A stretch of DNA of 64,000 bases from Octopus bimaculoides (taxonomy: Eukaryota): NCBI RefSeq assembly GCF_001194135.2, contig NC_068984.1, positions 18,324,939 through 18,388,938 on the forward strand, read 5' to 3'. Position 1 is the stretch's first letter. Every line of letters starts with the position of its first letter. The position numbers and the translations under genes are program-made. Below are positions 1 through 14,195 of this stretch, piece by piece. The notes under the pieces are model-generated. The model searched no databases, had not been told where the DNA came from, and was given only the letters and a program-made list of their open reading frames with translations.

Positions 1-3
1 ATA

Positions 4-46
<43 letters not shown>

Positions 47-65
47 ATATATATGTGTGTGTGTA

Positions 66-98
<33 letters not shown>
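1..98. repeat. (TA)n/(TATG)n microsatellite
   Basis: Direct reading. Confidence 0.95.
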
Positions 99-1099
99 TG
101 TCTTTGAAGAGATATATTACTTTCGGCTTACTATAGACATTAATGAAGCTTTAATGAAGCATTTTTAATCTGGAAGGATCTTCATCAGATTTTCTTGACT
201 GTTTCTACTTACCGCTAATCAATGCCACCCACAACATATAAAGTAATTGTTTAATATCGTCTTCATAATTATTGAATTAGTCCTCTGGGATGTGACCATG
301 CAATTCTTAAATGTCCTCTCTGCGAGTGGACAGTCATGACGCTACATACGCTGTTTCATTAGCATCGCATTGGACAACATGGAGGTTTCGGGTTATGTCA
401 GAGCCAGGTCAGCGAAGAATTTTTCTGCTGGTCTTTATTATAATGAAATGCTTAATTACATTAAGCTGGATTTTCAAGTGTGTCATGACGCTGAATATTA
501 GGAGACTAGATTAACGGTGCTGTCGCACTGGAATAAAGGTTTCTTCAATATTGTTTCTGTAATGATGACAAAGACTCTGATGACAACAATGCTGATGATG
601 CTGGTTGTGAGTAACAATCGTTGTTGTTCTTGTGCTGGTGATGGTGGTGTTAGTGGTGGTACGAGTAATTGTTGATTATTAAACAAAATATCTATTGATA
701 TTGCATTGGTAAATTTCTGGCATTCTTTTAGTCTGGCTATAGATGAGTAAAATAATGACATTTAATACCTCCCATCAATTCAATTCACTGGAAACTGTTA
801 TATTATCTGCTATCATCATCATCATCGTTGTCATCATCATCATTGTCGTCATTATTATCAGTGTCAACATTTTTCAATTTTATTTATTTATTTATTCAGG
901 TTTGTTTTAAAAATTCTTGAGGGTTTTCGTTTTAAAGAGCTCACAGCTTCAGTCAGAGTGAATATGGTACCTTAATCAATTGTATAATGGTTCTGTTGGT
1001 GACATATTTCCTTATCAGATTAATATTGATCACATAAATCAATTAATCATCTCTGTTTTCCACTCCCCACTCCTTCTTTTCATTTCTTTCATATTATGT

Positions 1100-1356
1100 N
1101 NNNNNNNNNNNNNNNNNNNNNNNNNNNNNNNNNNNNNNNNNNNNNNNNNNNNNNNNNNNNNNNNNNNNNNNNNNNNNNNNNNNNNNNNNNNNNNNNNNNN
1201 NNNNNNNNNNNNNNNNNNNNNNNNNNNNNNNNNNNNNNNNNNNNNNNNNNNNNNNNNNNNNNNNNNNNNNNNNNNNNNNNNNNNNNNNNNNNNNNNNNNN
1301 NNNNNNNNNNNNNNNNNNNNNNNNNNNNNNNNNNNNNNNNNNNNNNNNNNNNNNNN
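1100..1356. other. Assembly gap (others at about 4204-4303, 6079-6426, 11671-11731, 16178-16257, 23154-23490, 32745-32754, 52686-52735)
   Basis: N runs, mostly flanked by microsatellites. Confidence 0.99.
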
Positions 1357-1419
<63 letters not shown>

Positions 1420-3733
1420 AACCATCTTTCTCTCTATCTCTATCTATCTCACACATAATTATTAGAAGTATCTAGCTCAGCTATATTGATGTAGGCTTCC
1501 TTGAAAATTTTCATGGAAAGCTGTTGTAATTGTTTAATGTTATTTTCATGTAGCAGTGGCATTGTTTCTAAAAGTGTACCTTGAAATGTGCAATTCACTC
1601 TGGCTTTGCATCACAGATTCTTCTTTCTAGCTTTTTCTTTACTTTCCATTTTCAACAGCTTTATCTTTTCATCATTCTTTGTGTTTGTTTTGCATTTTCC
1701 CATTTTTCTCTTTATTACATTTCATCTCTTTGTCTTTTGTCTCTTCTTTTAATGCGCCAGTCTATTACGTTTGGAGATTTGTTTGTGTCACACTCATTCT
1801 ATTATTACATTAGCTGCTCTGATAGCCCCTCCACCTGTGTGACTTGTTTTTCTTCTTTTTTGTTTTGTTTTGTTTTGGGTTTTTTTTTTTTTTTTGGTTT
1901 TGTTTCCAGCCTGATTCCCTGTGTTTGTTTCTCTGTCTTTATGAAATAAATGAGATTTCACATTATTTTTGTGTTCATTAAACTGATATAGGAATGCTCA
2001 GCGGTGAACTAACTGTGTTTAACACAGAAATACTTTTAATAGAAACAGCCATGGCTGCTGTAGCTGTTGTAGGAAACAAGAGCCATTAGTTTGTGTAATT
2101 CAACATAATTCAACTAGGTTATGGCTATCCTAGGTCCTCCACCAACATTAGTCAAAGACTTGATTTGAAAGGACAGCACCATTCTCAAACGTGTTGCCTT
2201 CCAGTTTCAGTGACCCCCGCCAGACCTTAGCTGCTATGATACATCCTTTGTCATAAACTACATTATCGAAAACAAAGTGAATTATAACTAGATCCTCTGT
2301 TCTTGAAATCTAAACACTGCTATAATTGAATACAGCCTGCTGATCTATATTGTCATATCTGTGATATCATTAAGTAGATTACTCTGTTTAACAATTCTAA
2401 ATTCATTATTCACAATATTGGAATATAGAATTGTTCACTTCCATAAATACAGTCTGAATATTGAGTGAGGTTTTGTTATTTGTTTGTGTTTTTTGTTTCT
2501 TTTTTAATACCTCTGCACTCTATCTGCTGCTTCCCTTTTATATATTAACTTTAATTAATTATATTACTGTTATCTATTTAAATATGTAATAACTGTATTG
2601 TGGTTTTTGATAAGCTACACTCATTTACGCACATAACTCTGCTTGGAGCTAAGTATTCTAATAGAGAACAAAACAATTTCCTCTAAAGGGATCTTCTGAT
2701 AAACGAACGCAACTGCCTCACGGATGAGCCTTATCTTCCCCCGTATCAACATGAAATATCAGATAATGTGGTGTCAAGGTATAATAGCATGTTAATTAGA
2801 GATTAACCTAATATAAAATTGCTCATCATCGTCATCGGTATTATCTCCATCATTTTCACATGCAATGCAGAGGAGTATTTTCATGTAACTTAATTCTGCA
2901 TAATTTTAACTATGAGTGAGGCTCAATATTCTTAAGTTCTTCTTACGTACTTCCTGCCAATTTTGCTTCGTTTTATCTGTACTTCATGAACTTTCAACCA
3001 AAGTAATACATATCATAGCAAATATTAGTCAAATTTAATTCATTAGGATTCTGTTTTACTCTCAAAATCAATAAAATTTTTGTATTAGAAAAAGTAGATA
3101 TTGTTTCTAGTTCAGAAAATATTTGCCAATTTCTTTTTTATTTTTATTTTTCCCCCTAAATTTTCATTATAAATTATTGATTTTCATATGTATCCTTATC
3201 ATAAGTTCGTTAATTTTAATTATATTATTGTATTTTTTTTTAATGACCTTGTAACCTGACATTTCTTAATCTCTTGTTTTGTGACAGCATTATCATTGTG
3301 AAATTCACTACAGCAACACTTAAATCAAGTTGGCCTGAAGGTTATTTTCATTGTTCTCATTTTATACACAAGGAATCTATTAAAGTGGAACATCTATTCA
3401 TGCTGTGTTAGTTTTAAATCTCTCTTAAAATTCTTACATTGCTCTTTGATATTGGCTTTGAAAGAGAACAGTTATTTTAACCCTAGTTGTATTTATTCAA
3501 CTCTTTTGTTGCCATGTTTTTGTTAAAATTACAAAAACACTGGTTTTGTTTCAATGAAGAATTTAGTAAAATAAGTTTATTAATGGGGAATTTTTGATGA
3601 AATGTTTTAACATAGATATTTTAAAACAAGAACCTTGTATTATAAGGAACAGTCTCAGGAAGGTTGGTGTCAAAAGGGTTAAGCTATGTTCAAAATACCA
3701 CAAGAGAGAACATGGAATCCCATTATCAACTGA

Positions 3734-4062
3734 GGAGTGACATTGCTCCACAACCACATGGTTCTGGGTTCAGTCCCACTGTGTGACACCTTGGGCAAGT
3801 GTCTTCTACTCTAAATTCAGGCTGACCAAAGCCTTGTGCATGGATTTAGTAAGTAGAGACTGGAAGAAGCCTGCCATGTGTGTGTGTGTGTCTTTGTGAA
3901 TGTGCTTGTTCCCCTCATCACCATTCAACAATTGGTGTTGATGACTTTACAACCCTGTAACTTAGCAGTTCAGCAAAAGAGACCAACAAAATAAGTACCA
4001 GGTTTTAAAAAAATAAGTCCTGGAGTCAGATAACTGAATCAAGTAAAAGTAAAAGAATGAAA
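3734..4062 (+). mobile_element. SINE family A copy
   Basis: AACCACATGGTTCTGGGTTCAGTCCCACTG...CCTTGGGCAAGTGTCTTCT core and tail. Confidence 0.85.
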
Positions 4063-6426
4063 CACAGGGATGGGGGTAAGGCAGGGAGCTGGCAGAATTG
4101 TTTATACACTGGACAGCAGCATTTCATCCATCTTTAAGTTCTGAGTTTACATCCCCATAACTTAGCGGTTCGGCAAAGGAGACCGATAGAATAAGTACTA
4201 GGCNNNNNNNNNNNNNNNNNNNNNNNNNNNNNNNNNNNNNNNNNNNNNNNNNNNNNNNNNNNNNNNNNNNNNNNNNNNNNNNNNNNNNNNNNNNNNNNNN
4301 NNNGACGTTAAACGACGATGATGATGATGATGATATATATATATATATATATAAGACAGAAGATGAAATATATGAGAATTTATTGTTAATCTTGACAATT
4401 GTTTCGGCACATCTAGCATCGATTCCTCTTGGGTGGGACACTCAACAACTAGTTCACAAGCATCTGGCAGTGCAGATGTATCTCGCCGGGTGATAAATAA
4501 ATACAACTCGTTAAAATAACTGTTCTGCAATGTAACTTTCCGTTTTGTAAAGAGAAAAGCAGCCAGACGGAGGAAATATCTTCATTTATATAGATCAAAA
4601 ATAAAATCACAGATGACAAAAAGAGAAACAAACACACAATCCAGCGAGAAAAGTATTAAAAATAACTGTTAACTGATATGGATGTATAAACACCCTTGGG
4701 CAAGCTGCACGGTGCGAGTACACTCACTGATACAAGCATCCGCAAAAATATGAGCATACACACATGTGAGGTTTGGTGCACTCATGATCACAAAGCGAGT
4801 TAGGTATCTACTTGGTGTTTATAAGAATGGGAAGGTTAAAAGTAAACTTAAGTCATCCATACCTTGAAATAAATTAAGTTAACGGTTACTCAAAATTCAT
4901 TCTCACTGCATTGTAATAAAATAGAAGTACAATGATAAGTGATATCTGTGATAGGTTTTATATAGCACACTGAGACACCTAAAAAACACAGATTCTGGTA
5001 AGTTTTCTCGCATAGAATGTCAGTATTTGTTTGGTGTATCAATCAATATTGATAATAATAGCCTTTTATTGTCATAGTAGATGTTGTTGTTGTTGTAAAT
5101 ATACCAGGTGTTCTTATGAACATTTTTATTTGTGTATGGTGTGTGCATGTGTATCTATATGTGTATGTATATGTGTGTATATATGCATCTATGTGCACAT
5201 GCACACACAGTAATGCAGATAACTCACAGACAAAAACTCACACTTCGCTGCAAAAGAAAACCACATGTGTGTGTGTGTTATATGTATTATAATCATCATT
5301 TTTATGCTGGCATGGCTTGGACAGTTAGGCTGGTCAGAGAGCTACATTTTGCTCCAGAATTTCAGTTGTGGCATGGTTTCTATTGTTTGATGCCATTTCT
5401 AATGCGAACCATTTTACAGAGTGAACAGAGGGATTTTTCTCTAGCACTGGCACAAGTGAGGTTGACCTGTAAAACTGGCAAAGCTAAAGATAAATAGGGA
5501 AGTTTGTTGAGGAGGAGATTCAGGGCTATTTTACATTTTATGAGGACAGGTTGGAGTGGTGCTATGAAGAGAGCTAAATATGGTTGTTATGAGGGGCTTG
5601 AGCTTACCCTCAAGGTAACATGTCCAAGAACATGAACGGAAGAAAGCATGAAACAAGAGAATTAGCTGGGATGAGTAAGGTTGCAAGAGGGTGAGGCGAG
5701 AGTGATAAATGGCTGCAAACATGGGGTCGAGGTGATCAGTTGTACATAGGAGTGAATGGTGAACAAGAGTACAATGAAGGACGTCCACCATCCTTATCAT
5801 CAGAGGAAGTGGCAACTGACAGTACAGAGACGGTGACCTGAAAGGGCTCGTCATACCAAGTTGTGTGTTTTTGTCTTGGCCTGAGAACTGGTGTTGGTTT
5901 GTTTACGTTTTCATAACTTAGTGGTGCAAAAGCACTGGACTTTAAGAATAAGTGCTGAGGTTGATTTGTTCAGTGAAACTCTTCAAGGCAGTGACCCAGG
6001 ATGACTGCATTCCAATATCTGCAACAAGACAAAAATACTTTATATAGATTGAGAGAAAGATATATATATATATATATANNNNNNNNNNNNNNNNNNNNNN
6101 NNNNNNNNNNNNNNNNNNNNNNNNNNNNNNNNNNNNNNNNNNNNNNNNNNNNNNNNNNNNNNNNNNNNNNNNNNNNNNNNNNNNNNNNNNNNNNNNNNNN
6201 NNNNNNNNNNNNNNNNNNNNNNNNNNNNNNNNNNNNNNNNNNNNNNNNNNNNNNNNNNNNNNNNNNNNNNNNNNNNNNNNNNNNNNNNNNNNNNNNNNNN
6301 NNNNNNNNNNNNNNNNNNNNNNNNNNNNNNNNNNNNNNNNNNNNNNNNNNNNNNNNNNNNNNNNNNNNNNNNNNNNNNNNNNNNNNNNNNNNNNNNNNNN
6401 NNNNNNNNNNNNNNNNNNNNNNNNNN

Positions 6427-6471
<45 letters not shown>

Positions 6472-9400
6472 TATATGTGTCTGCACACATTTGTACATAT
6501 ATATATATGTCTGCACACACATGTATATATAAGCAAGCGAATGCTCTCACATGCAGACATACAAACAAATTTCCATATAGACAAAGATGCACACGTGTGT
6601 GCACATGTACATGTGCACACAAACGTACAGACACCATAGCAACAGTAATATTCATGACATTCCAAACATCCAAGAACCCCCAAAGGATATAGAACTGTGA
6701 TTTAGTTACAGTTATATATCCTTTTGTTAATCCAATTTTTTTTTCCTCTATTTTTTACCCTTGTTCTTCATATTCTCTGTGATTATTCATGTTCAAGGCT
6801 TCCTATTATTAGAAGAATCTTTTTAGTTTTGTTTTGTCGTTTTCTTTCTACTTTGTGGCTTCATTTAAAGGTTTGTAGCAGATCTAACTGATTGAACTGA
6901 TTCAATACAATGATTGTTGTTAGGAACAATCAAATTATTTCAATAAAGAAAAAAAAAATAAAACACTCAGATTCCAAGATGATTCTCATTGTTACCAGTT
7001 TGTATTTCTTTCTTTTCTTTCCATGTTATCCTTTTTATTTATATATATATATATACATATATATATATGTATATATATTTATATATATATTTTATTTTAT
7101 TTGGTATCCCAGAGACCTTTTATAATCTGTCTCTGCTCATTGTGGCCTCATTTAGCTGATTGTAATCAACAAAGCTCTACTGATCAAAAAAAAAAAATTC
7201 TTGACTTCTTTTATCACAGACTACAGTCAGTGATCTGGTAATGCTTGCCAGTAACGTCTGACTGTCCTTGGCGGACTGAATTCTTACTGTTCTCAGAACC
7301 ATTGCAGTTGTAATAGTTAGGTTAATGCTAATGTATGGAGCTGTTTTCAAATATAGGTACCCAGTTGTTAGTTAATAGTATGACTAATGTTCATGTGTGA
7401 ATTTGTTTTCAAATATAGGTATCTTAAATAACCTTAAACGGTATGAGTCAAAGCTGAAGTGATTGCAAATTTGCTGTACCTTTTAAATGATTAAGTAAAG
7501 CTGAATCATCTTGTTGTTTTTGTTATTTCTCTGTTGCAATTATAGCTACTTTCATAGGTTGCGCATTACATAATCAGTGACACAGAATGAGCAAGTGCTG
7601 TTAACTTGAAGACATGTTCGTTTTAACAGATTAATTTGACCTCTTGCAAAATATACATTTTTCATCCAAATTCTTTTCCATCATAATTTATGTATCTATA
7701 ATATTAAGTTCTCGACCATTACCACCCATTTAAAGTATATTATTCAGTATGTATGTCAAAAATAGTTTTAGAATTTAAATCAGCTGAAGATTTTCGACAT
7801 CTTTGTCATATCATATATATTAACTTTTGTTTGTTTTGTTTTGTTTTGTTTTTTTTTTACCTTTTTTATTTAAATATTACTTATAGTTGGTAGCCAAAGA
7901 ATTGGTATTTTCTGAATTGAAAGTATCATTTATGGAAAAATATATGTAATTTTTCAAAATAAACAAAAAGTTAATTCTAAAACACATTATAAATTTATGA
8001 TTGTTATCTTGTCACTTTCACATTTATCATCTCTTGTGTTTTCTCAAGATGTGATTTGTATGTCATGCAGATTCATCAATATTTCTCCAAAATGTATTTT
8101 ACCTGTCAACATAGTCTTCATTTGATAAGTGTTCTCAGTCTGCTAACAGGCAAAAAATATTGGTTAGAGTATAAACTGATACTTCAAACGTAAAACATGT
8201 TCTATCTTTATCAGTGAAATGAAAATCTTCTAATTTATTTTTCCCTGCATTTTAATCTGGATAACTGATTCCTTTATTTCAAAAGCCAATTTTATACAAA
8301 CACATTGTTACTTGTAGCTTAGTGAAATATGTGAATTAATTAATAGAACCATATTGAATTGAACAAACCAGTCTTCAGATAGAATAGAATCCAAAATTTG
8401 AGTGAAGAATCTCATGCCTTTGTACTTGTTTCCAACCAAAATGGCATCACTACTTTCTCTTCCTCACTCTCAGACAAAAGGCTAAACATCAAATTCTTCA
8501 TTCCTCATTGAAATTAAACTTATTGACTTCTTGTATATTCTTCAGAACTTAACTTCTACAAACCTTGTGTAGTTCTTCTATTGACACTGTAACGAGTACC
8601 AATTTATGTATACTTAAACATGTTTAAGAGTGTCTAGCCATAATGTTTGAATCACAAGGATGTAACTAACTAGTTTAATGACACACCCAATAAATTACAA
8701 ACTCTGCTTCACTGAATATTTTACTAATTCTGGTTCTTCTATGTCTGCTACTTTACAGTCGTTATTGTTTGTCTGTTTCATTGAATACAGAAAGTATCTG
8801 CTCCTTGGGTGCCATTAGTGAAAACCATTCTGGTATTTGGGATGAACCTCTGATCTGAAGATAGCTCCCTCCCTTCTTCCTTCACTCACTCACTAAGTCC
8901 ATGAATACTGCCCTTCTTTTGCATTGATAAACACAAAACTAACAAACATGACTTGGCCCATAACTTCAAAAGTAACTTTTGCTTTGTTCAATAAACGTAC
9001 TCTTTCGTAGAAGATATTTTTTTCCAGTATATTATCTCTTTCCATATATCTACACTTAGCTGCAACCAAAATATACATCAGTTGTGGTTAAGACGTTTGC
9101 TTCCTAGCTATGTGTGGCACCTTGAGTATGTGTCTTCTACTATTGCACTGAGCTGACCAAAGTCATGTGAAAGGATTTGGTGGATGGAAACTGAGAGGAG
9201 CCCATTGTGGACATGTTTTTTTCTATCTTTATCTTAACATTATACAGTAGTTTTAGACAAGCATTGTCATTCCTTTCCAATCTTCCATGAAAACATGTCT
9301 GGCCATGGGAAAATATCTTACTTTGAAACAGGTGAGCTTTAACAACAGAAATGGCATCTGGGTGTAGAAAATCTGCCTCAACAAATTCCATCTGACACAT

Positions 9401-9703
9401 GCAAGGCTAGCAAAGTGGAAGTTAAAATGATGATGATTATTGGGTGCCTAATAAACCCATCTTGCTGACTTCCAGCCTCAACATAAGTCAAATTCCTTAT
9501 AATCTGACATTCCTGAAACCCCTCTGGTTCCTTCTTTCGATATCAGTGCAATAATAGTAGCTGACCTAAATCATACTTCTTGACTCAAACAACACTGATT
9601 TGCCACTTAATGGTTGCAAGTAAAGCTACCCTCAGGGTAGACAGCAAAACCAAAGTATGTTATTTCTAGAAAAACTGAAAAATGTTCTAAACTTATACAT
9701 GCC

Positions 9704-9742
<39 letters not shown>

Positions 9743-12700
9743 CTGTAAGGTTTTCAATTTCACACAGTTTTCTTAATCATCCACAAAACAAATGTTCAGA
9801 ATCTGAAAATTATTTTCACTTTATTTCCTCAAGTCTTAACCTACACTTAAAAAAGTATTGTTTTCTCACTTGATGTTTTTGTGTTGCCATTGCCCCTCCC
9901 ACACACCTACTGCCTTATATGAATTGACTTCTAATCACATGATATCACTTTCTGTCCCATTTGCTTTTCTGTTTGTTTAGCTTGCATCTTAATTGATACT
10001 GTGAATGGTTTTATTGTTTCTGTTAAAAACAAAAATCATGTGAAGTTGTTATGTTGTTCCTGAAAACAAAATGGAAATAACTATTATGTTTACTGTGATG
10101 TTTTAGAGGGAGGAAAAAACATTAATTTGGCAGGAAGAAGCTTGATTGGTCTCACTGGATGTCATAAATGAATTGGCAAGAAAGCTATCAGGTTCTGTAA
10201 ATCAGATACTGTGATAAATATCTGAATACGTGATGTGATTTATCATTGAAGAGAGATTCACTAATGATATAGACAGTTCTTTTTAGTTATAACTGACCAT
10301 TTTTACGATAGGTTTGTCTGTATAAACTCTGTGTATCCTTTTGGTGAAGGAAATAGGAATTTTGTGGAACATGGTGAGCTGCTGAGTATGAAAATTGATT
10401 CTTAACAATAAAAGAACCTTTTACCGAGTAACATAATGTAGGCAGCCATGTGTTTTGTAAAACATAGTTACTTCAATTTATCTGAGAAATCTAGGTAAAG
10501 TTACTAATGATGGCAAGCAAGATTTTTACCATTAGCTCTTGTGATAAGCTTTATGGAAGAGTTTTCTGCTGTCAAGTGCCGACAAAGTTGCTTTGTCCAA
10601 AACGTGCGTAATATAAATGAAAAGTGAATTTGATTTTATTAGTTATTGTGAATATTTCCATTATTGAGGAAACTGAGATCATGCTGCTATGTAACACAAG
10701 ATTTGCTGCATCAATGGCTATAGAATTGGAAGAGCCTACAACAAGTTGAACAATGTAGTGTTTAACACAAGGTTGTCTCTAGGAAGTAGCAAGCGCAGTT
10801 GGAACACATTTCGTTAAGCCCCTTAGGATAACTATTGAGATGTGTAGACTGGAAGCCAGAGTAAATTATCAGCTATTAAGTAATTTGAAGCTAAATTTTA
10901 TTGATATGAAATTATGTAGAAGTAAATAATGAAATCATGTACATAATTTAATAACATGCTCATCTGAATATATTATTAATAAATTCATATGATGAGGTAA
11001 TTACTCACCTCATACAATTGTTATAACTAATTCTCATATTGGTTCAGTACAGCTAAATTGAATATGTTTAGAAGGGATGTAAGAAATTGTTGCATATATT
11101 TCCTTGAGCATTGAAGTGGCTTACATCAACACTGACTGTTTGACCAATCAGTAAAAAGAATCAGTTGTTCAAAAATCTTGTGCAAGTCTTAGTAATATTA
11201 CTGCTTGTTTTCATAGTCCAGAACAAAGTTTGTTCTAACAGAACATCTACATGTAATACTGCCTCTGTTGCTTATATATATTTTTTAACAAGCTCACTGG
11301 CTAATCATGACACCACTGTCTGTTCTGGCACTGTTATTCTATATATCGCTGGTGGAGATGAATCACTGCTGTCTCTAGCAGTCGAGTGTCCCTCACTGAC
11401 AAGACCAAGGAAGGTTGAATTCATGTGATCAGGTGGTCTGGATGCTGGAGCTGGTAGGGATTTATCTTGCCCCTAACAATATAAAAAAGTATGTATTTTG
11501 CACCAAAAGCCTATATGAGAATTTCTCTCGTGGTACCTACAGCAGTAAAGTTTGTTCTAAGGGAATATCCATGTTTAAGTAGGGTTAAATATTACTATCA
11601 GTATTAATAATGATTCTGTGTCTAATATAAATTTTCTTTTAACACTTCAAAGACATGAAGTAATATATATNNNNNNNNNNNNNNNNNNNNNNNNNNNNNN
11701 NNNNNNNNNNNNNNNNNNNNNNNNNNNNNNNTATATATATATATATATATATATTCAAACTCAACAGATATTCATATTGCATGTTTGCTTTATAGAATTT
11801 CTATTGTTTTTTTTACATTTGTTTTGTCAATAATGTACATATGCTTTGTTACTTTAGTTACACAATAATTTTCAATTGAATACAATAATCATGTGATTCA
11901 AATTTGCATAATCTTGGAGGGGGAAAAAGTCTAAATAGGAAATCTGAAGAAATTTATAAAAAATTTATTAGTGGAAATGAAAATATATTAAATTTCTAAG
12001 ATTCATTTCAACTTCTTTAGCTTAAACTTCTAGTTCTCTTACTTAAAAAACACATTAATATAACTTTGTATTTAAAACAGCTTAAATAAACTAAGTTTGC
12101 ATTTCTCTTTTATTTTTTCAAGATATTTTACTTAAAGCCATGTAATTTATATGGTTGTTAAGTTGTTTTTAAATATTGTTAAAAACTTAGCGAGTAAATT
12201 AGTCATGTTTATTAGTTGATAATAATATTAAATTTTTTATAATGTTGTTAAGATAATTATTTATATCTAAAAGCTAAAGTTGAAATTTATCAAGATAAAA
12301 AAAACATGTAGCTCAGTTGTAGAATGGTTTGCTTTGCTAATGACTTCAATAATAACAAGCCAACGGAGGAGGCCTCAATGTAGTTATTTGACTTGCTAGA
12401 AGTAGTAGCCAAATCTCTCTCAAATTACATGCTGTCATCTCAAAAAAAGAAAAAACATTGGAAAATATATTCAGGATACAGTAATCATGGATAAATGACA
12501 ATGTGGTTACAGTTTCAATGTTTTTGATCTTACATTTTCTTGATCTTGACAAGTTCCTAGGCAACAACAGCAGCAGCAGAAATTACATTGCCAAGATATC
12601 AAAAAAAGTCAAAAACCAAGTTTTCTTCAATAAATTGAGAAATGCATATGATTTACGAAAGAATGACTTTATAAATATTTGCATCATGGATTTTTATTTG

Positions 12701-13224
12701 AGGTGGAGTGCTTTTTCAATGCTAAGTTATTTTTATTTGGTTTGTAAGAGTCTTTATGTGAACTTGTAAACAGATTTTGTTGTATCTTGGGAAGGTCGTT
12801 ACACCAATAATAAACACACACTGGTTCTGTTTCATTTCTCTATTTTATTGGTTATCTATTTTATCAATAAATTAATTGACTGTTTGATTAATTTTTTGGT
12901 CAATCAGTCAGTCAGTTAGGTATGACAATGTGCTTTTATCATGATTTGTGACCTCATCAGGACAATGCCCTCTCTGGTATGAGAGTATAAACCCTTGTGA
13001 GATGCTTGAAATGAAAGAATAATGCAGCTGGATTTTTTTTTTTTTAGTACTTAGATTACCTCAAACTTACATTTAATGACCCAATTACAGATTATAATTT
13101 GAGAATCTGAGAACAACCATAATACTGTTGTATCATTCTTCTTTTTACAATGACTCATATTTTTAGATATCTGAAAGGAATTATTCTTAATGTAATTATG
13201 ATTCTTATAATTAGAAGTGCTAGC

Positions 13225-13925
13225 ATATCTGGGTGGTAAAGAAGCTTACCTTACAACTTTATGGCTTTTCGGTTCAGTTCCACTGCTTGGTACCTTGGGC
13301 AAGTGTCTTCTTAACAGAACACATACCTTGTGTATGTGCATTCAATATTGTTTATATCCCTTTAGCTGCTTCTAATTCATATTTGAATATATTTATGTGT
13401 GTATATATCATCATCATCATCATTGTTTAACGTCTGTTTTCCATGCTGGCCTGGGTTGGACCGTTTGACTGAGGTCTGGAAAGCCAGTGGCTGCACCAGG
13501 CTCCAGTCTGATTTGGCAGAGTTTCTACAGCTGGATGCCCTTCCTAACGCCAACCACTCTGAGAGTGTAGTGGGTGCTTTTTACATGCCACCGGCCCAGG
13601 GGCCATTGAGGCAGGCCTGGCATCAATCGTGTTCGGATAATGCTTTTTATGCGCCACCAGCATGGGAGCCAGTCAGGCGACCTTGGCATAATATACATAC
13701 ATATATATATATGTTTGTGTTTATCCACCCAATGCTTGACAACAGGTGTTGGCTTGTTTACACCCCCATAACTTAGTAGTTTGGCAAAAGTCCAATAGAA
13801 TAAGTACTAGATATAAAATAATAAGTACTGGGGTGGGGGGGTCAACTTGTTCTACTAATCCTTTCAAAGCACTGCCCCAGCTTGGTCACAGTCCAACAAC
13901 TGAAACAAGTAAAAGAAGAAAGTAC
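13225..13925 (+). mobile_element. SINE family A split by an RTE-tail insertion
   Basis: Head at ~13225-13320 and tail at ~13710-13925, with an RTE-like segment between them. Confidence 0.7.
13407..13688 (-). mobile_element. RTE-type 3' end element
   Basis: Closely similar to 39791-40088. Confidence 0.75.
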
Positions 13926-14004
13926 AATAAAAGTCATTGCTTTTAATCCTGTGATCAATAACTGATTGAGTTTAGAATCAATATATTAACCTTCGATATA
14001 TTAA

Positions 14005-14195
14005 CGTTAGCATGCCAGGCAAAATGCTTAGCGGTATTTCATCTGTCTTTACATTCTGAGTTCAAATTCCACCGAGGTTGACTTTGCCTGGGGTCGATAA
14101 ATTAAGTATCAGTTGCATACTGGGGTAGATCTAATCGACTGACCTCCCCCCTCCCCAGAAATTTTGGGCCTTGTGCCTAGAGTAGAAAAGATTAT
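14005..14195 (+). mobile_element. SINE family B copy (others near 19770-20175, 20745-20895, 29285-29410, 38839-39050, 39290-39435, 52285-52465)
   Basis: Shared TCTGAGTTCAAATTCC B box, GTCGACTTTGCCTTTCATCC and AAGTACCAGTTG...GGCCTTGTG motifs. Confidence 0.85.

Noticed and set aside
4345-4460. Sixth hammerhead candidate on the minus strand (GCC-GAAAC-AATTGT-C with palindromic stem III, next to (TA)n)
   Set aside because: No CUGANGA box and no pairable stem II or stem I. It may be a decayed Penelope end but cannot be called.
10344-10400. GGTGAAGGAAATAGG (GEGNR) as the missing kinesin switch I exon
   Set aside because: It continues NFVEHGELL rather than SRTVAATNMN, and there is no SSRSH motif.
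448-10597. Isolated perfect 7-bp hairpins (GCTTAAT-TAC-ATTAAGC ~450, GACAAAG-TTG-CTTTGTC ~10580)
   Set aside because: Several such stems are expected by chance in 64 kb of AT-rich DNA.
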